Part shown: positions 18,558 through 30,700 of the stretch, piece after piece
Numbering within the stretch: the stretch's first letter is position 1
Layout of the letters: the number at the start of each line of letters is the position of its first letter
NCBI GenBank assembly: GCA_943704425.1
Contig: CALSCP010002427.1
Span: forward strand, 1 to 64,000
Direction of reading: 5' to 3'
Source of the DNA: Ministeria vibrans ATCC 50519
Taxonomy: Eukaryota; Protista; Filasterea
DNA length: 64,000 nt
The notes under the pieces: model-generated
Database searches by the model: none
Seen by the model: the letters and a program-made list of their open reading frames with translations, nothing else
Told to the model about the DNA's origin: nothing
Position numbers and translations under genes: made by a program

Positions 18558-21500
18558 TCACCACCACCACTGACACGTTGATCGACACTGCTGCTACCGC
18601 TCATGCTGGACGTGGCCTTTTCTCGCATTCGTGTGAGCGACGCCAAAAGCACATCAGCTCCATTCGAGCCGCAATACTCATCCAATTCGTCGGCCACCTC
18701 GTCGCCTTCCCTCTCATCAAGCAACGCCCGTTCCGCACTAGCGGCATCAAGCAGTGCCTTTAGTTTTGCTGCATCGACTTCTTCTTCCTCCCGACGGTCG
18801 ACCAAAGCTAGTTCAGCCTCAATTTTCTCCAGATGTCTCGCTGCATTTCGGTATAGAGAACTGACTGGATATATCCTGTCCAACAGAAACTCCCGCAGGC
18901 GACGCAGCAGCCCCACCGCTTCCTCTGACAAGTCATCTTCCTTCTCCTGCAGCATTTTCACTGCATCATCACAGATGTACACCACGTTGGACCGGTACAT
19001 GTCCCACACAAGAGTATGTTCACCTAATGAAACCACAATCTCACTCACTGCTGCTGCCGTCTCCACACCATCACCAGCGCGCCCAACCACCATCGCTGGC
19101 TTGAGTTGTGCACAGTACATCACACGCAACTCTTCAATTGGCATCATCGGGGGGACGGCAGTGGGATCGGGAGGGATGTCCACCACCAGCCGGCAGAATG
19201 CCCGTATCAGCCGTGCTACCAACGGGTAATCATGCATCGCGATCTCGACTTGGCCGGCCGGACAAAAATCCACGTCACAGGCACCTTCAAGCTCTCGTAA
19301 CTGCATTCCAGCAAAAAACCGCTCAAGATGCTGCTTGTGGTCTTTATCAGAAGAGCCGGACTCGAGCAGTCGCCCGCGTACGGTTTGCTGCTCAACCAAA
19401 GACAGGTCCGAGTCGCCAGAAATGCAAAGCACCGTGCTCGGGCCCATACGCTGCTTCAGCACATACAGACAGGCGTCTCGTACGCTGTTGTTTTGGACGG
19501 AGAAGAAGCGCACTTCCTCGAGCGAGCGCCACGATTGCTTTTCACCTTCCACAAGCCAAAAAGTGGGGAAGATGCGTTGGTGAGCAAGACGAGAGCGAAG
19601 GAAGTCCCAGTGAAGCTCAACGTCTGCGTCAGTTGTCGCTTCGATGATGGTAGTGCAATCGTGCGCCAACCAGGGCTTCGGTTTGGCCCAGTTGACCATA
19701 GCAAGGGACACAACTTCCAACACGGCCTGTCGGTTCTCATATTGTTTTGGGTCATCATGGAGAATGAGAAGAGAGGCATTCACAACGCGGAGGTAGTGAT
19801 CCAGAGAAGGATGTTGAATAACACCAAGACGAAAAAACATTTCCGTAGCGCGACCATAATCGATATCCAGCGAGATAAGGTCAAGACCGCGTGTGCTGGG
19901 GTGCAATGCGCGAAATTTTTTGAACATGGGAGAGCGAGAGATGTGTGACGGATCTACGCAAACACAGTCGACGGGCTTCACAAAGGTGCCTTCCATCAAA
20001 TTCGAATTGGGCAACTTGCGGCGCTCCACAAAGATGCAATGCGTCTGGGACACGAGATGTAGATCATATTGTTTCGTGCACGAGAGACTAAACGCCTCAT
20101 AGAAGTCAGCGAGAGCCTTGTCGGATGGCACCAAAAAAGGCTTAGGATGTTTCATGCCGCGCCAACCAGCAATGATGTTCAAGAAGGAGCTTACGTGAAT
20201 TTCCGACTCTAGTGACGCCACACCAAGCAGTTGCGCAAGATGCTTGTCGGGACACGGCCGACCCAAAGGAGTTGAAGGAAACGGCTCGAAAACGCGAGCC
20301 GCAGGGCTGTTGGCAAGCACAAGATGACGAGGAACGCTGCCGTGTGGTGGGTACCACTCAGTGGTCTGTAGCACCTCAGCAAAGGTTGAGAGTACCTTGA
20401 TTGTTCTGTTGTCGTTGTTGTCGTTGTCGTTGTTGTCATGGTCGTCGTTGTTGCTGTTGTCGTCAGTGAGCTCGGCTGGGGGGATCGGGACACAACGCAG
20501 ACGCACTGTGGCGACTCTACTCGCACACTTGGTACGCTCGTCAAGATACTTCGACATGCAGTTGAGTAGAGTTGCGCCATGGTCAGTGACGTGCTTGCCA
20601 TGGAGAAGTACCCGTTCAAGATCACTCGACATTGTTGTGTCGTCAATGGTCACATGTAGAGTCGACGACCCGCTGAGATGCTCCATTATTGTGTTACAAA
20701 TGTGACTCGACACCCCGGCATCATCAAGAGAGCGGAGCAGGTCAGCGGAGCCCCTTTGGCAGTCTAGCGTGATTTTGCAGTGGAACACACGTGGTTGCGG
20801 GAAAGCCGTCACACCCAGCTCCTTCAAGAGCGTGAACCATCGCTTGAGCTCATCATGGCTAGAAGTAGCTGCCCCAGTGTATTGAGGAGAGACACATGTC
20901 CAGTGCGACGCCCATACTTCGGCACCGGAGCATTCTTCGAGAACACCAAATTGAGCGGGGAAGTGCGGATCGCTCGTTGCAATCGCTGACACGCGCAAAA
21001 GCTTGTCGTCATCATTGACAATGTGTGCATCAACGGTGCGCATTTCGCGCGCGAGACGGTGCAGGTCAATGTTTGGGCAACTAAAAGCAAATGAGAGCAT
21101 TCCAATGAAGGCGGTAGCGTCGAGTAACTTGTTGGTGGAGGCCATCACTGGAAGAACATGATCCCACACAAAGTGTTCGGTGCCTAGCGACACCAAGCCG
21201 AGACGCCGGAGAAGGCGCATTGCATCGGGAGACTTGACGGCAACACGGTGAAATGTTTGATCGAGCAGAGGGACTTCGTTCTGTCGCACACGCAGGACGC
21301 AATTAATGCCATGCTCCTGTGAGTCAATTAAGCCAGTCGCACAAACACCCTCGTACACTTTTGGCGACTTCATGAACGATGTCAGAGTCCCTGAGCTTAG
21401 AGGTACAAACGCCTCCGAGCGCAGCTGCTGCTCCATACGAATCAGCGCCGATGCATTACACCGAGTTATCCTCTCGAGCAGCCACACCAGAAATACGTGC

Positions 21501-24500
21501 GGATCGACATGGCCAGGGTCGTTGTGATGATCTGTGGTGGGCACGCCACCGCCACTGCTGCTGCTACTGGACACGCAGGAGTCGCCGACACAGGAGAGCA
21601 ACGGAATAAGCAGAGTTTCATCGACTTGACGCAAACCCAACGACTTGGCCGTGTCAGAAGCGATGAAAATACCAGGACGCACAAATTGAAGACGAAGGTG
21701 CCGTTTGACAAGGCGTTCAAGCTCATAGGCAATGTGTACATCAAGATGTGGCAGTCGCATCACCGCTTGATCAGGCCGAACAAAGATGTCGTCTCCCACC
21801 GGAATACACTCCTTCTCTCGTAGCTTGTTGAGAATGTCGCGAGCTGACACCTGGAAAAATTCGGTTAGCTGACCGGACGGTGAAGGGAGAGCCGCAAAGA
21901 ACACATTCATAGGCATGTCCTCCTGTTCTTTCACACCCTTTCCGTCAATAGTCTGATCACTCTCATTCTGCTCAGACGGACGCACTGTCACCGGTAGCGC
22001 ACGGTGATTCGCATCAAAGGTTGTCTGTCGCTCAATGAAGAGGTCGCACGCAGCCACGATAGCCACCGGAAGGTTGTCACGCAGCCAAATGTTCCAGCGA
22101 GATCCCGCATCAACCGCCTCACGCGAAGACGGCACTTGAAAGTCGCCCTGAACAATAAACTTGAAGCCATAATCACGGAGCGGGAGAAACGCAAAAACTG
22201 GCTGTGAGTGAACAGCGGCCAGACAAATAGGAAAGGCAAGCACAAGCTCAGTCTCAAAAACACCATCGCGCAAACCGCGCGGCGGCTTCAGCGTCTTCAC
22301 CACGGTGAGCCACGATTGCGTTGTGATGTGGCAGTTCTGATCACGTTCGAACGACTGCTCTTCAACGTGCCGCAATAGGCCGTCGTGCTCGTCGCGTCGC
22401 AGCAGCTCCCGACGCGAGCCATCAAAGGCATCGACAATGACCAGACGACGCAGTCGGTGCAGAAAGAGCAAGAGCGATGGATCAATTTCGCTGAGACGTT
22501 TCTGTAGTTCCGCCACAATCGTCTCATAGGTAGTGTTGGCAGGTGTCGCATTGAGCGGCAGCACAATGCGAGTGCAGGGCGCATCCGACTTCCACTCTGG
22601 CGGCGCCTGAATGGGCTCGGGCAAAAGATAGCCAAGGCCGTGAGTCGCATCGGCATCAAAGGCGAAGTGGAATTGCCGCGAGTGGACACGAGGTCGCGAG
22701 GACACTCGAAACACCGACTTAAACCCGATACCCTTGTTACCAGTGTAGCCGGCAGCATCCCGTGGCTTCGTGCTCTGAGCAATGTCGCATAGAGCGCGCA
22801 CATGAGTCTCCGTGAACCCGAACTCATTATTCTCAAAAACCACTGCATCGTCACTGAGAGTGATAAGCAGCGAAGGAAGATCTTTTGTGGCGGCAGGATA
22901 ATGGTTGTCGTCCGCATTCTGCACAAGTTCAAAGACAAAGTGAATATCTGTAGCGTACAGTTCGGCGGCAAGGTTGCGCACTGAGCGCTTTGTGAGCTGC
23001 CGGAGCTCCCCAAGCTGAGCACAGCCCTTCTCACTCAGCTCATCTTCAAGGCCGCGGCCCAAACGCATCGCAATCGAGTCGCACACTTCTTTACACGAGG
23101 AGGTTGAGCTTGCAACAAGTGTTTCAGAGAAGTCAACGAGGGCAAGGTGATCACCATGTGCAGGCATCACCGTGGGGATGGTGTTGTTTTCATTGTTGGA
23201 GGGATCAGGCAGCGATTGGGGAGCGACATTGGATGGTGTTTGAGAATGGAGCTGTTGTGGAGGTTGTGAAGCCCGAACTTGTGGACCACCAAAAAGCTGC
23301 TCAACGTGGAGCCACTCGGAGACACGCAGGCTGTGCGAGGCGGCTGTGAAAAGTGCGACACGTTCAAGGGACGTGAGCAAATTCAAGGGGTCTTGCAGAC
23401 GAGAAGCAACCACACGGCGCAGTGCAGCATCTTTCGCAAGTGGCTGAAGAAACAAGGGTACAGCCATACAAGTAAAGAGCGCAGAAGACGGGGACAGAGC
23501 AGTGGCAGCGGCAAGTAGCGTCGCAACGAAGCGCATCAAGTCGTCTGCAACGGTGATACGGTCATCAAGGTACAGGCGTATAGATGAGGAGAGCGCAGTA
23601 ACCACAGCCCCAATGGACTGTCGCTGAATCGCCATAGCCACGGCGATGGCACACGCCTCACGGCCCTGACCAAGGAAAAGAGCGGTCTCAAAGTCCAAAG
23701 CGTCACGGGGACTGGTGTGTGGGAGTCGAACAAGCTGAGGATCATGTGGGAGTGACGAGAGTGATGCAAGGGAGATGCCACGTAGCTGAAGCTCGGCCTG
23801 CTCTCGCGTCACAAACTCATAGAGTGAGCACCCCATGGTCGAGGCAAAGGTTTTAGACCACTGAAGAATAGCCTCAAGACTAATAAGAACAGGAGCAGTG
23901 GCAATCATCTCAAATGCCTGCAAACGCAACGTATCCGAAGTCGATTCTTCGCCAGAGACAGGTGCTGAAACCCCCAACTTTTCCTCTTCTTGGGCAAGCA
24001 GCTCCGCGTTGAAGACACTTGCGGCGTCCGATAGTACGTTGTGGGACCGCGATTGCGCGTTGAATGTGTGCTCAAGCAAGTCGTATAGGCATTGGGCGGC
24101 GGGAACTGCTGTGAGAACGATCTCTTGATGCTTCGTGAGGAGTGACGCGAGTGATCCGACGTTGAGGTCGGCAAACAAACCGCATGAATACTCGTTCTCA
24201 ATGCTCTGCTCAACGAGCAGCAACGTTTTAATCGGACCAGCAACAGGTGCACGCGGAACATTGAAAGCGCTCTGGGAGGATTCACTATGCAACTGGTTCA
24301 GAGCCAAAATGACACTTTTGAGAACGGACTCTTGATCATGGGAGTTAGTCGACACAGGAAGTACAGAAGGAGACGGGCAAGAGAAAGCACTGGCAAGGTC
24401 AGGTGCAGCAGAGATGGAAGGGTCGACGACAAGCTGAGTGGAAGCACGCGAAGAATATGCCTGGATAAGAGCGGTGTCAAAGAACGCCTTGAGGCGGGAA

Positions 24501-26194
24501 TGAGAGGCGGCAAAGGCAGCGAAGGAGCAGGGCAGGTCTGTGTCGGCATGAAGACCGAGACAGCGAACAAAAGCCTTCTCAAGAACGACAATGTTGTCAA
24601 GAGCGGAGTAGTTGCGCCAGTCAAGCGACTTGCTGCGCGCCACGCCAAGAAGCTCTTGTTCAAGCTCGGGGGACTCGCCAAAGCAGAGGGAATGGGCGCG
24701 CATGAGAGCGGACGCATCAGACGGCTTGCTGTTGAGATCGCGACGATACATGTGCAAGGCGTAGTGCAACATAGAAGTGACGTCGAGGGCATGCAAGAGT
24801 TCAAGCTCCGAAGCACAACGAGAGCTGGGGGAGGAGAGCTTTTTTTTTCGCTTGAGTTGCTGTTGTGCGTTTCCGTCCTTGAGAACTGAAAGAACGCCAT
24901 CGATAGAGGCACGTTCAGTGGCGCTCGGGGAAAGTTGCCGAATGATGCGGCGCACAACTATCTCTTTCGATTTGCCCTCGAGAGAGTTCTTTTTTGACGA
25001 CATGTCCGGGCCAATGAATGCCTTCAGCATAGCGTCATCATCGTCGTTGCCAGCATCGGTGGTGGTGCGCGCAGTAAGCATGGCCTGATGCTGCACGTCG
25101 TCCACACGACGCAAAATATCAACAAACGAGTCAAAATGTTGCGTTGCGTCCTTGTTGAGTTCGAGCACTGTGTCCGTGGCCGTCTCACGCTCAAGAGTGC
25201 GTGCAATGGATGAAAAGTGTTTCGAGACTTCCAGCCGGCGGGAGCGCAGTATTTGTGCAGGGGCGAGACTCTGAGCTCGTAGTGCACGTGAATCAAAGAA
25301 GACACCGTTGCGCCGGAGAAGTGCTGCTGGATTGCTGATGTCGCATGCGGGGTCTCGTTCCCGAAAGTACATCAAGAGAGCAGAGATAATGGCAGGAGGT
25401 TCGACTTTGCGCCACGGATGCACTAAGACAAGGGAAGCCCACAGGTCGTCGTCAAGGACCTGTGGGATGTCGGAGTCGGAAGCGATGGAGCGCACTTGGT
25501 CCAAGCCAAAGAGGGTGCGGACTTGAGGGTGATAGACGAGCTGGCCGAAGCCAAGGTCGCAGATGCGCTTCAATTTGGCGTTTCGAAAGAGATGATGCGA
25601 CAGAATTGCTTGCTTGAGCGAGTAGAGGCTGAGAAGAGGCACAAAGTGGCAGCTGGAGAGAACGATGGCGTTGATGGTCTGAAGCTGGGTGTACAGCGTG
25701 TACGCGATCCGGCCACACACGGGCTGTGGGAACGTTTTGCGGAGTTGACGGATGATCGTTTCAAGAAGTGGTTTGGTTGCAAACGTCTTGCCAGGGAGAG
25801 CCCGGCCCAGGAGCTGGTAGGCCATGATGCTTGCATTCAAATCCACGTCAGAATCGTCCAAAGGAATGTTAGGCGGAGCAGGAGGGAGAGCGGGAGAAAC
25901 ACGTTCGCGTTTGCCCTTCACGCTTTGCGGAGAAGGAAGCGGACGCGGCAGCAGCAAAGACGATCCGGCCCTCTGTGCAGTCTGCAAGCATGCCGACGTG
26001 GTAGTAGGAACGCTTGGGCCTGCCGCATCCTCTAGTAATGGCTGACGAGGAGGAAGTGGAGTTGATGTTGGGGTTGACGCAACGACGGATGCAGACGCGC
26101 CAGCTTGCGGCAGACGCGCCGTCGGAGACGTCTGTGGTCCCACAACAGGGATCTCCTTAAAAGGCTGTTCTTTCTTAATCTTCTTTCGGGGCAT
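17795..26194 (-). CDS. NO VEIN-like protein (2799 aa): sacsin-type GHKL ATPase domain plus C-terminal DUF3883 (NOV_C) PD-(D/E)XK-like nuclease domain; intronless
   Basis: HFVFELVQNADDN, NNEFGF...ALCDIAQSTK, GNKGIGFKSVF and VFAFLPLRDYGFKFIVQGDF..PSSRE...WN. C-terminal GRWGE...WVNEVQESGCPFDL...FVEVKTT...ISLNE. Basic NLS-like start PRKKIKK and a poly-Gly tract at about 18478-18570. Confidence 0.92.
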
Positions 26195-26466
26195 TATGTG
26201 GGAATTTGTGTGATCAGTGATAACTGAACTGTTACTGAAGAGAGTGACTTAAAAAAAGGTCGCGTATCATAACACACATTAGAGTTGCCTCTATGGACCT
26301 CCTAATAATGACGGATACATAACACATATCACGAATTACATACCTATGAATCATGATGGCTATTATACGTACATAGGGCACCCACAGGGTCAATCCTGTG
26401 TGATCTGAGCGAAAAAAAAAGAAAATGGAAAAGTATGAATTAATAGGAATCATCATTAATTTCCCG

Positions 26467-26738
26467 ATGCAGCTCTTGTGGCCCTTGGTCACGCTGGCGC
26501 TTGCCTGCATCACCGTCGATGCGGTCCAACTGCCCTTTCGAACGTCGTTCGACGACAACTCCTGGAGGTAAGAAGTGTGTGCGAGTGCCAACCGCAAACG
26601 CCGACCGATCCCCTTTCCCACGTCAAATTAGGACCTCCTGGACTGTTGTTGGCGGCGATTCGACCGCCCCTTGTATCCCAGTAGGCTATGAGAACGCCCT
26701 TGCGTTCCAGGGCGGCGGAACAACTCGTTCAGCGATAA

Positions 26739-26777
<39 letters not shown>

Positions 26778-27264
26778 GGTAAGACACGTCATCAACCGAA
26801 TGAGATCAAAAAGCGCTCGCGCCCATTTCAGTCCACCGAACCTTCATATCGCGCAGCGCAAGTCGGCGAGGTCGTTCGTGGTCGTCGTTTGTGGGCGACG
26901 ACGGGGCCGACGACGGGTTCGCTTCGCTGTTTGGAGTGGACCGACGCGTTCTGGCTGTGAACCGTTTCATTTTGAAAGAAAAAAAAAATTGGCGACCCAA
27001 GCGCTTTTTTCTTCCAAAGTGCACTGCCAATACAACGGTCGCCCTAGATAGGTTTTGGGAGGGGAGAAAGTAAAAACAAATGGTGAGTTTTCTTTTAGAA
27101 TTTTGATTTTTTATGGTTTTCCCTTATTTTCATTCAGTCTCTCCCTTTGGTGCAACATCGGGGAATTGTCAAAACGCCTCGCGGATTTCCGAGAGTTCCC
27201 TCCGCTGGCTCCACACCTTCGCTTTTTGTCAGTTGACACCGTTGCAGTCAACGAGGTCGGCTAG
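26467..27264 (+). CDS. Small spliced secreted protein with reelin-subrepeat-like motifs. Exons 26467-26567, 26632-26739, 26832-?, and a probable last exon 27138-27264
   Basis: Signal peptide MQLLWPLVTLALACITVDA. In-frame splicing across two GT-AG introns gives SFDDNSWRTSWTVVGGDSTAPCIPVGYENALAFQGGGTTRSAISPPNLHI. Exon junctions between about 26860 and 27137 are ambiguous. Confidence 0.6.
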
Positions 27265-27574
27265 CGTTTACACAGTCATTTTTTTTTTGAATTTTTTTTT
27301 GAATTTTTTTTTGTTTGAAACCAATATTAAAATATGAAACACCAAAGGCTCCAGTCCACTCCTTTTTCTTCAAGGGTCTTAAGCCCAAGGGATCAGCAGT
27401 CAGCACTACTTATTCCACTAAGAAATACACCACACCCTTCAAGTTTCAATAGGCTTTTCTCGACAAATCTGAATCGGCTGTCGATTCTTCACAACTCCCA
27501 TGTCCTTATTTGGACAAGAAATATTCAATATACATCGTATCTTAGATCTTTACTCTCTCAGCATATCGCTTGTT

Positions 27575-27650
27575 ACTCTCTCTCTCTCTATCACTTTGTC
27601 TCTCTCTCTCTCTATCACTTTGCCTCTCTCTCTCTATCACTTTGTCTGTC
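27575..27650 (-). repeat. Second locus of the CAAAGTGATAGA(GA)n minisatellite, downstream of the giant gene
   Basis: TATCACTTTG at 27589, 27613 and 27635, separated by (CT)n. Confidence 0.85.
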
Positions 27651-27790
27651 TGTCTGACTCTCTCTCTCCATAATCCATGCCACTCAACCACGGAAGCAAC
27701 ATTGTTGTTGAGGACTTGCGATCGCTGGTTCTCATCCTCCTGTCTAACTCTTCCTTCTCTCCAACTCTCTCCAACTCTCTCTCTCTCTCC

Positions 27791-30700
27791 TTAAATCAAC
27801 TCTTCGTCATCATCATCGACAGCGCCACCGGACGGCATGGGAACAACTTGGTGCTCCCCACTCAGCATAGACGGCACCGCCTTGGCATCGCTACTCGTAT
27901 TGGCCCCCAACATGGCTCGCTCCATTCTGCGCTGACGTTCCAGCTCCACTTCGTGTGCCTCTTCCTCGGGATCCGCCGTAAACGAGAAGACTGGCTGCGA
28001 CGGTGGCAGCGATGACGCTGTTGGGGTCGTGACGGGAAGTGGTGGTACACCAGAAACAGCTGTGCGTTGCGTTTGCTCACGGTCGCGTACCCGCGCCATC
28101 TCCGCCTCGTCGTCCGTCTGAAACAACAATACGTCGCTAAATGCCATAATAGGAGCCCGTGTGGGCGGCGGCGAGCGCAGGCGAGGCTTGCTCCGACCCG
28201 TGTACTCGCCGTACTCGTCGTCTTCATCGTCGTCGTCACCATACGCGTAGTCTTCGCCACCGTCGTCGTCGTCGTCGTCGTCATCATCGTCACCACCATC
28301 GTCCGACACGTCCGCCAGCGGTGGCGGCGAGTGCATGCGACGTCGCGGTGCACCCGTGTACCGCTCACCCTCGTCAAAGTTTTCGTCGTCGACAAACACC
28401 CCCAGGTCGTCCGTCTTGTCCTTCAGGGTCTCGTCGCCCTCTTGAATAACGTCGTTGTAACCCATGCGCGTGCCCTCCGCCTCCAGTTCCGCCTTGGCCA
28501 GGCGCGCCTGCTCCGCCAAGTCGCGGTCCGACCCGCCGCCCCGGAATACCGCACCGCCGACTGTGAGCATGGCTGCCTCGCGCGCCGTGTCTTTCACCAG
28601 CGAGAACCGTCGCTGGTAGTTGTCGTACTGTCGCACACTCATGTCATGCATCTGGATCGCCTCGCCGTCAGCCGCTTCCGCATGCAACTCTTGCGTGCTC
28701 GACATCCTCTTGCTGTGCAAGGTCGTCGCCCCGCCACCATTCGCCTCCTCCTCCGCCTTTCGCCGCCGTCGACGCACGCACCAGCACACAAGCAAGATCA
28801 GCAGAATCAGCGCCACCGCTGCAACCACCCCAGCAATTATGGGAATCGAGCCGCTCACTCCCGACGACGAACCTGCCGCAACCGCGTCGGGAATGCACCA
28901 GCGCGTAATCCAGTCGACAAAACGCTCGCTGTCCAGCGTCGAGCACAGCGCCGTCAACACAGCCTGGTCGCCTCCGCTCGAGTTGGTCAGCGACTGGCAT
29001 TGCGCCACATACGCCATCACTGAGTCGAGACCGTCCGCAAGCGAACTTTGCAGCGCCGTCAGTTGCACACACTGCTGCTCGTAAAAGGGCGCCGCCACCG
29101 ACACGTACACACCGCAGTCGAGCGTCCCATTCACTGCATTCACCAGCGCTGCACACTCCGCATTCGCCTCCACTTCGAGCGTCGTATTCGTAAAGGGCAC
29201 CGCCTCACCCGCACTACTCAGCGGCGGCAAATCCACCGGTGCATCGCTCGTCACCCACGTGGGGCTGCTGCTTGACGTCAGTCCCAGTCGTCCAATCGTG
29301 GGCGCCACCGAATCCTGGGTGTCGCTGCCTTGGCCCTCGTCAAACTTGAACAGTGACTCGACGCCCGTCGACGTACCGCTTACACGCGACCCATACTGCG
29401 CCAACAGCTGTGTGCTGTTCAGCGCCGCCGTGTCCCGCACCGTCATGTCGTCAACCTCACCCTCAAACACCCCACTGCCAACGGCACGTCGTCGTCGTCG
29501 AAGTGCCTCTGCTGGCTCGCCAAACGCACCCACAACCCAACGCGAGCCAGGCTGTAGTGCATTCGCATCGAGACTCACCGCCACGGGTCCGTGCACCGCG
29601 CGCGCCGCGTCAATCGTGTACACCTGTAGATCCGAGCCGTCGTCGAGCCACTGGAAGATCACCTGCGTCCACTCGTTCACCGCCATCGCCAGCGCCGTGT
29701 CCACGTCCGACGCCGTCGGCTGGTACTGCACGCGCAACGTCCCACCCTGATTGCTCAGCGCAAATGTCTCAGCATACGACAAGAACACACCACCTGCACC
29801 CGCCGTCTCGTTCGTGCCCCGCACATACACGGACAGCGTCATGCCAGGCGCTGCTCCGAAGCTAAACGTGTTCACCACGTTCACCGACACCGCCGAGCCT
29901 TGGCCGTCGTATCGCAGGCAGAACCCTGCGCCCGTCACGTTCACAGCCACCTCGGCAAACAGCGCCACCGACTCGCCGGCCGTCAACTCAAAGTACGGCG
30001 CAAATTGCGTCGCCAGTGCCTCGGGCGTCACCGCTGTGCCCGTCAGCGTGGTCGACGGACCCGTCCGGAAGTCGCTCGTCGCGTCCCCGTTGCACGAGCC
30101 AAACAGTCCCTCAAGCAAGACGCACTCGTTCAGGGGCACGCGCGACGTCAACGAAATGGTGCCCACGCCGAGTGTGCTGCCCACGCGAAGTACCACCAGT
30201 TGCTCGTTGCCGCCCGCAATTGTGTACTCAATCGTCTTGGTGCGGCGCAGCGTGTAGCCAGCCTCCACCGGCTGCAGTCCTACAGCAGGCGCGCCCGCCA
30301 CAAGCGTCGTTGCCGTCCCATTGAGGTACACCGCACCCTCACCCGTCACTTCGACGCGAATCACACCCGCCGTCGTGTTCATCGACACCACCGCCGACGT
30401 GAGACACGACGCCTCGCCACACACACCAAAGCGCCCAGCCATCAGCACCGTGCCGCCGCGCGACAAGAAAAAGTCGCCGAGCGGGAAGAGCGGATACTGC
30501 ACGCCGTGGTACGTCACAAAGGTGCCGCCAGGCGCACTCACGGCAGTCGACGTGGTCGCGTCGTCGGGCAGCCCAATCGTCGCAATGGTGCAAGAGGCGC
30601 CACTAAAACCCGTCGTACACTCGTCGCACACCTCGCTGCCACGCCAATTGCCCTCACACTCGCAAACACCCGTGTTCACGTCGCACACGCCATTTCCACC

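Noticed and set aside
17795-26194. Calling the GHKL gene TOP6B or true sacsin
   Set aside because: It has a single sacsin-type ATPase region with C-terminal DUF3883. I see no Top6B transducer, triple SRR, DnaJ or HEPN domains, so NO VEIN-like fits best.
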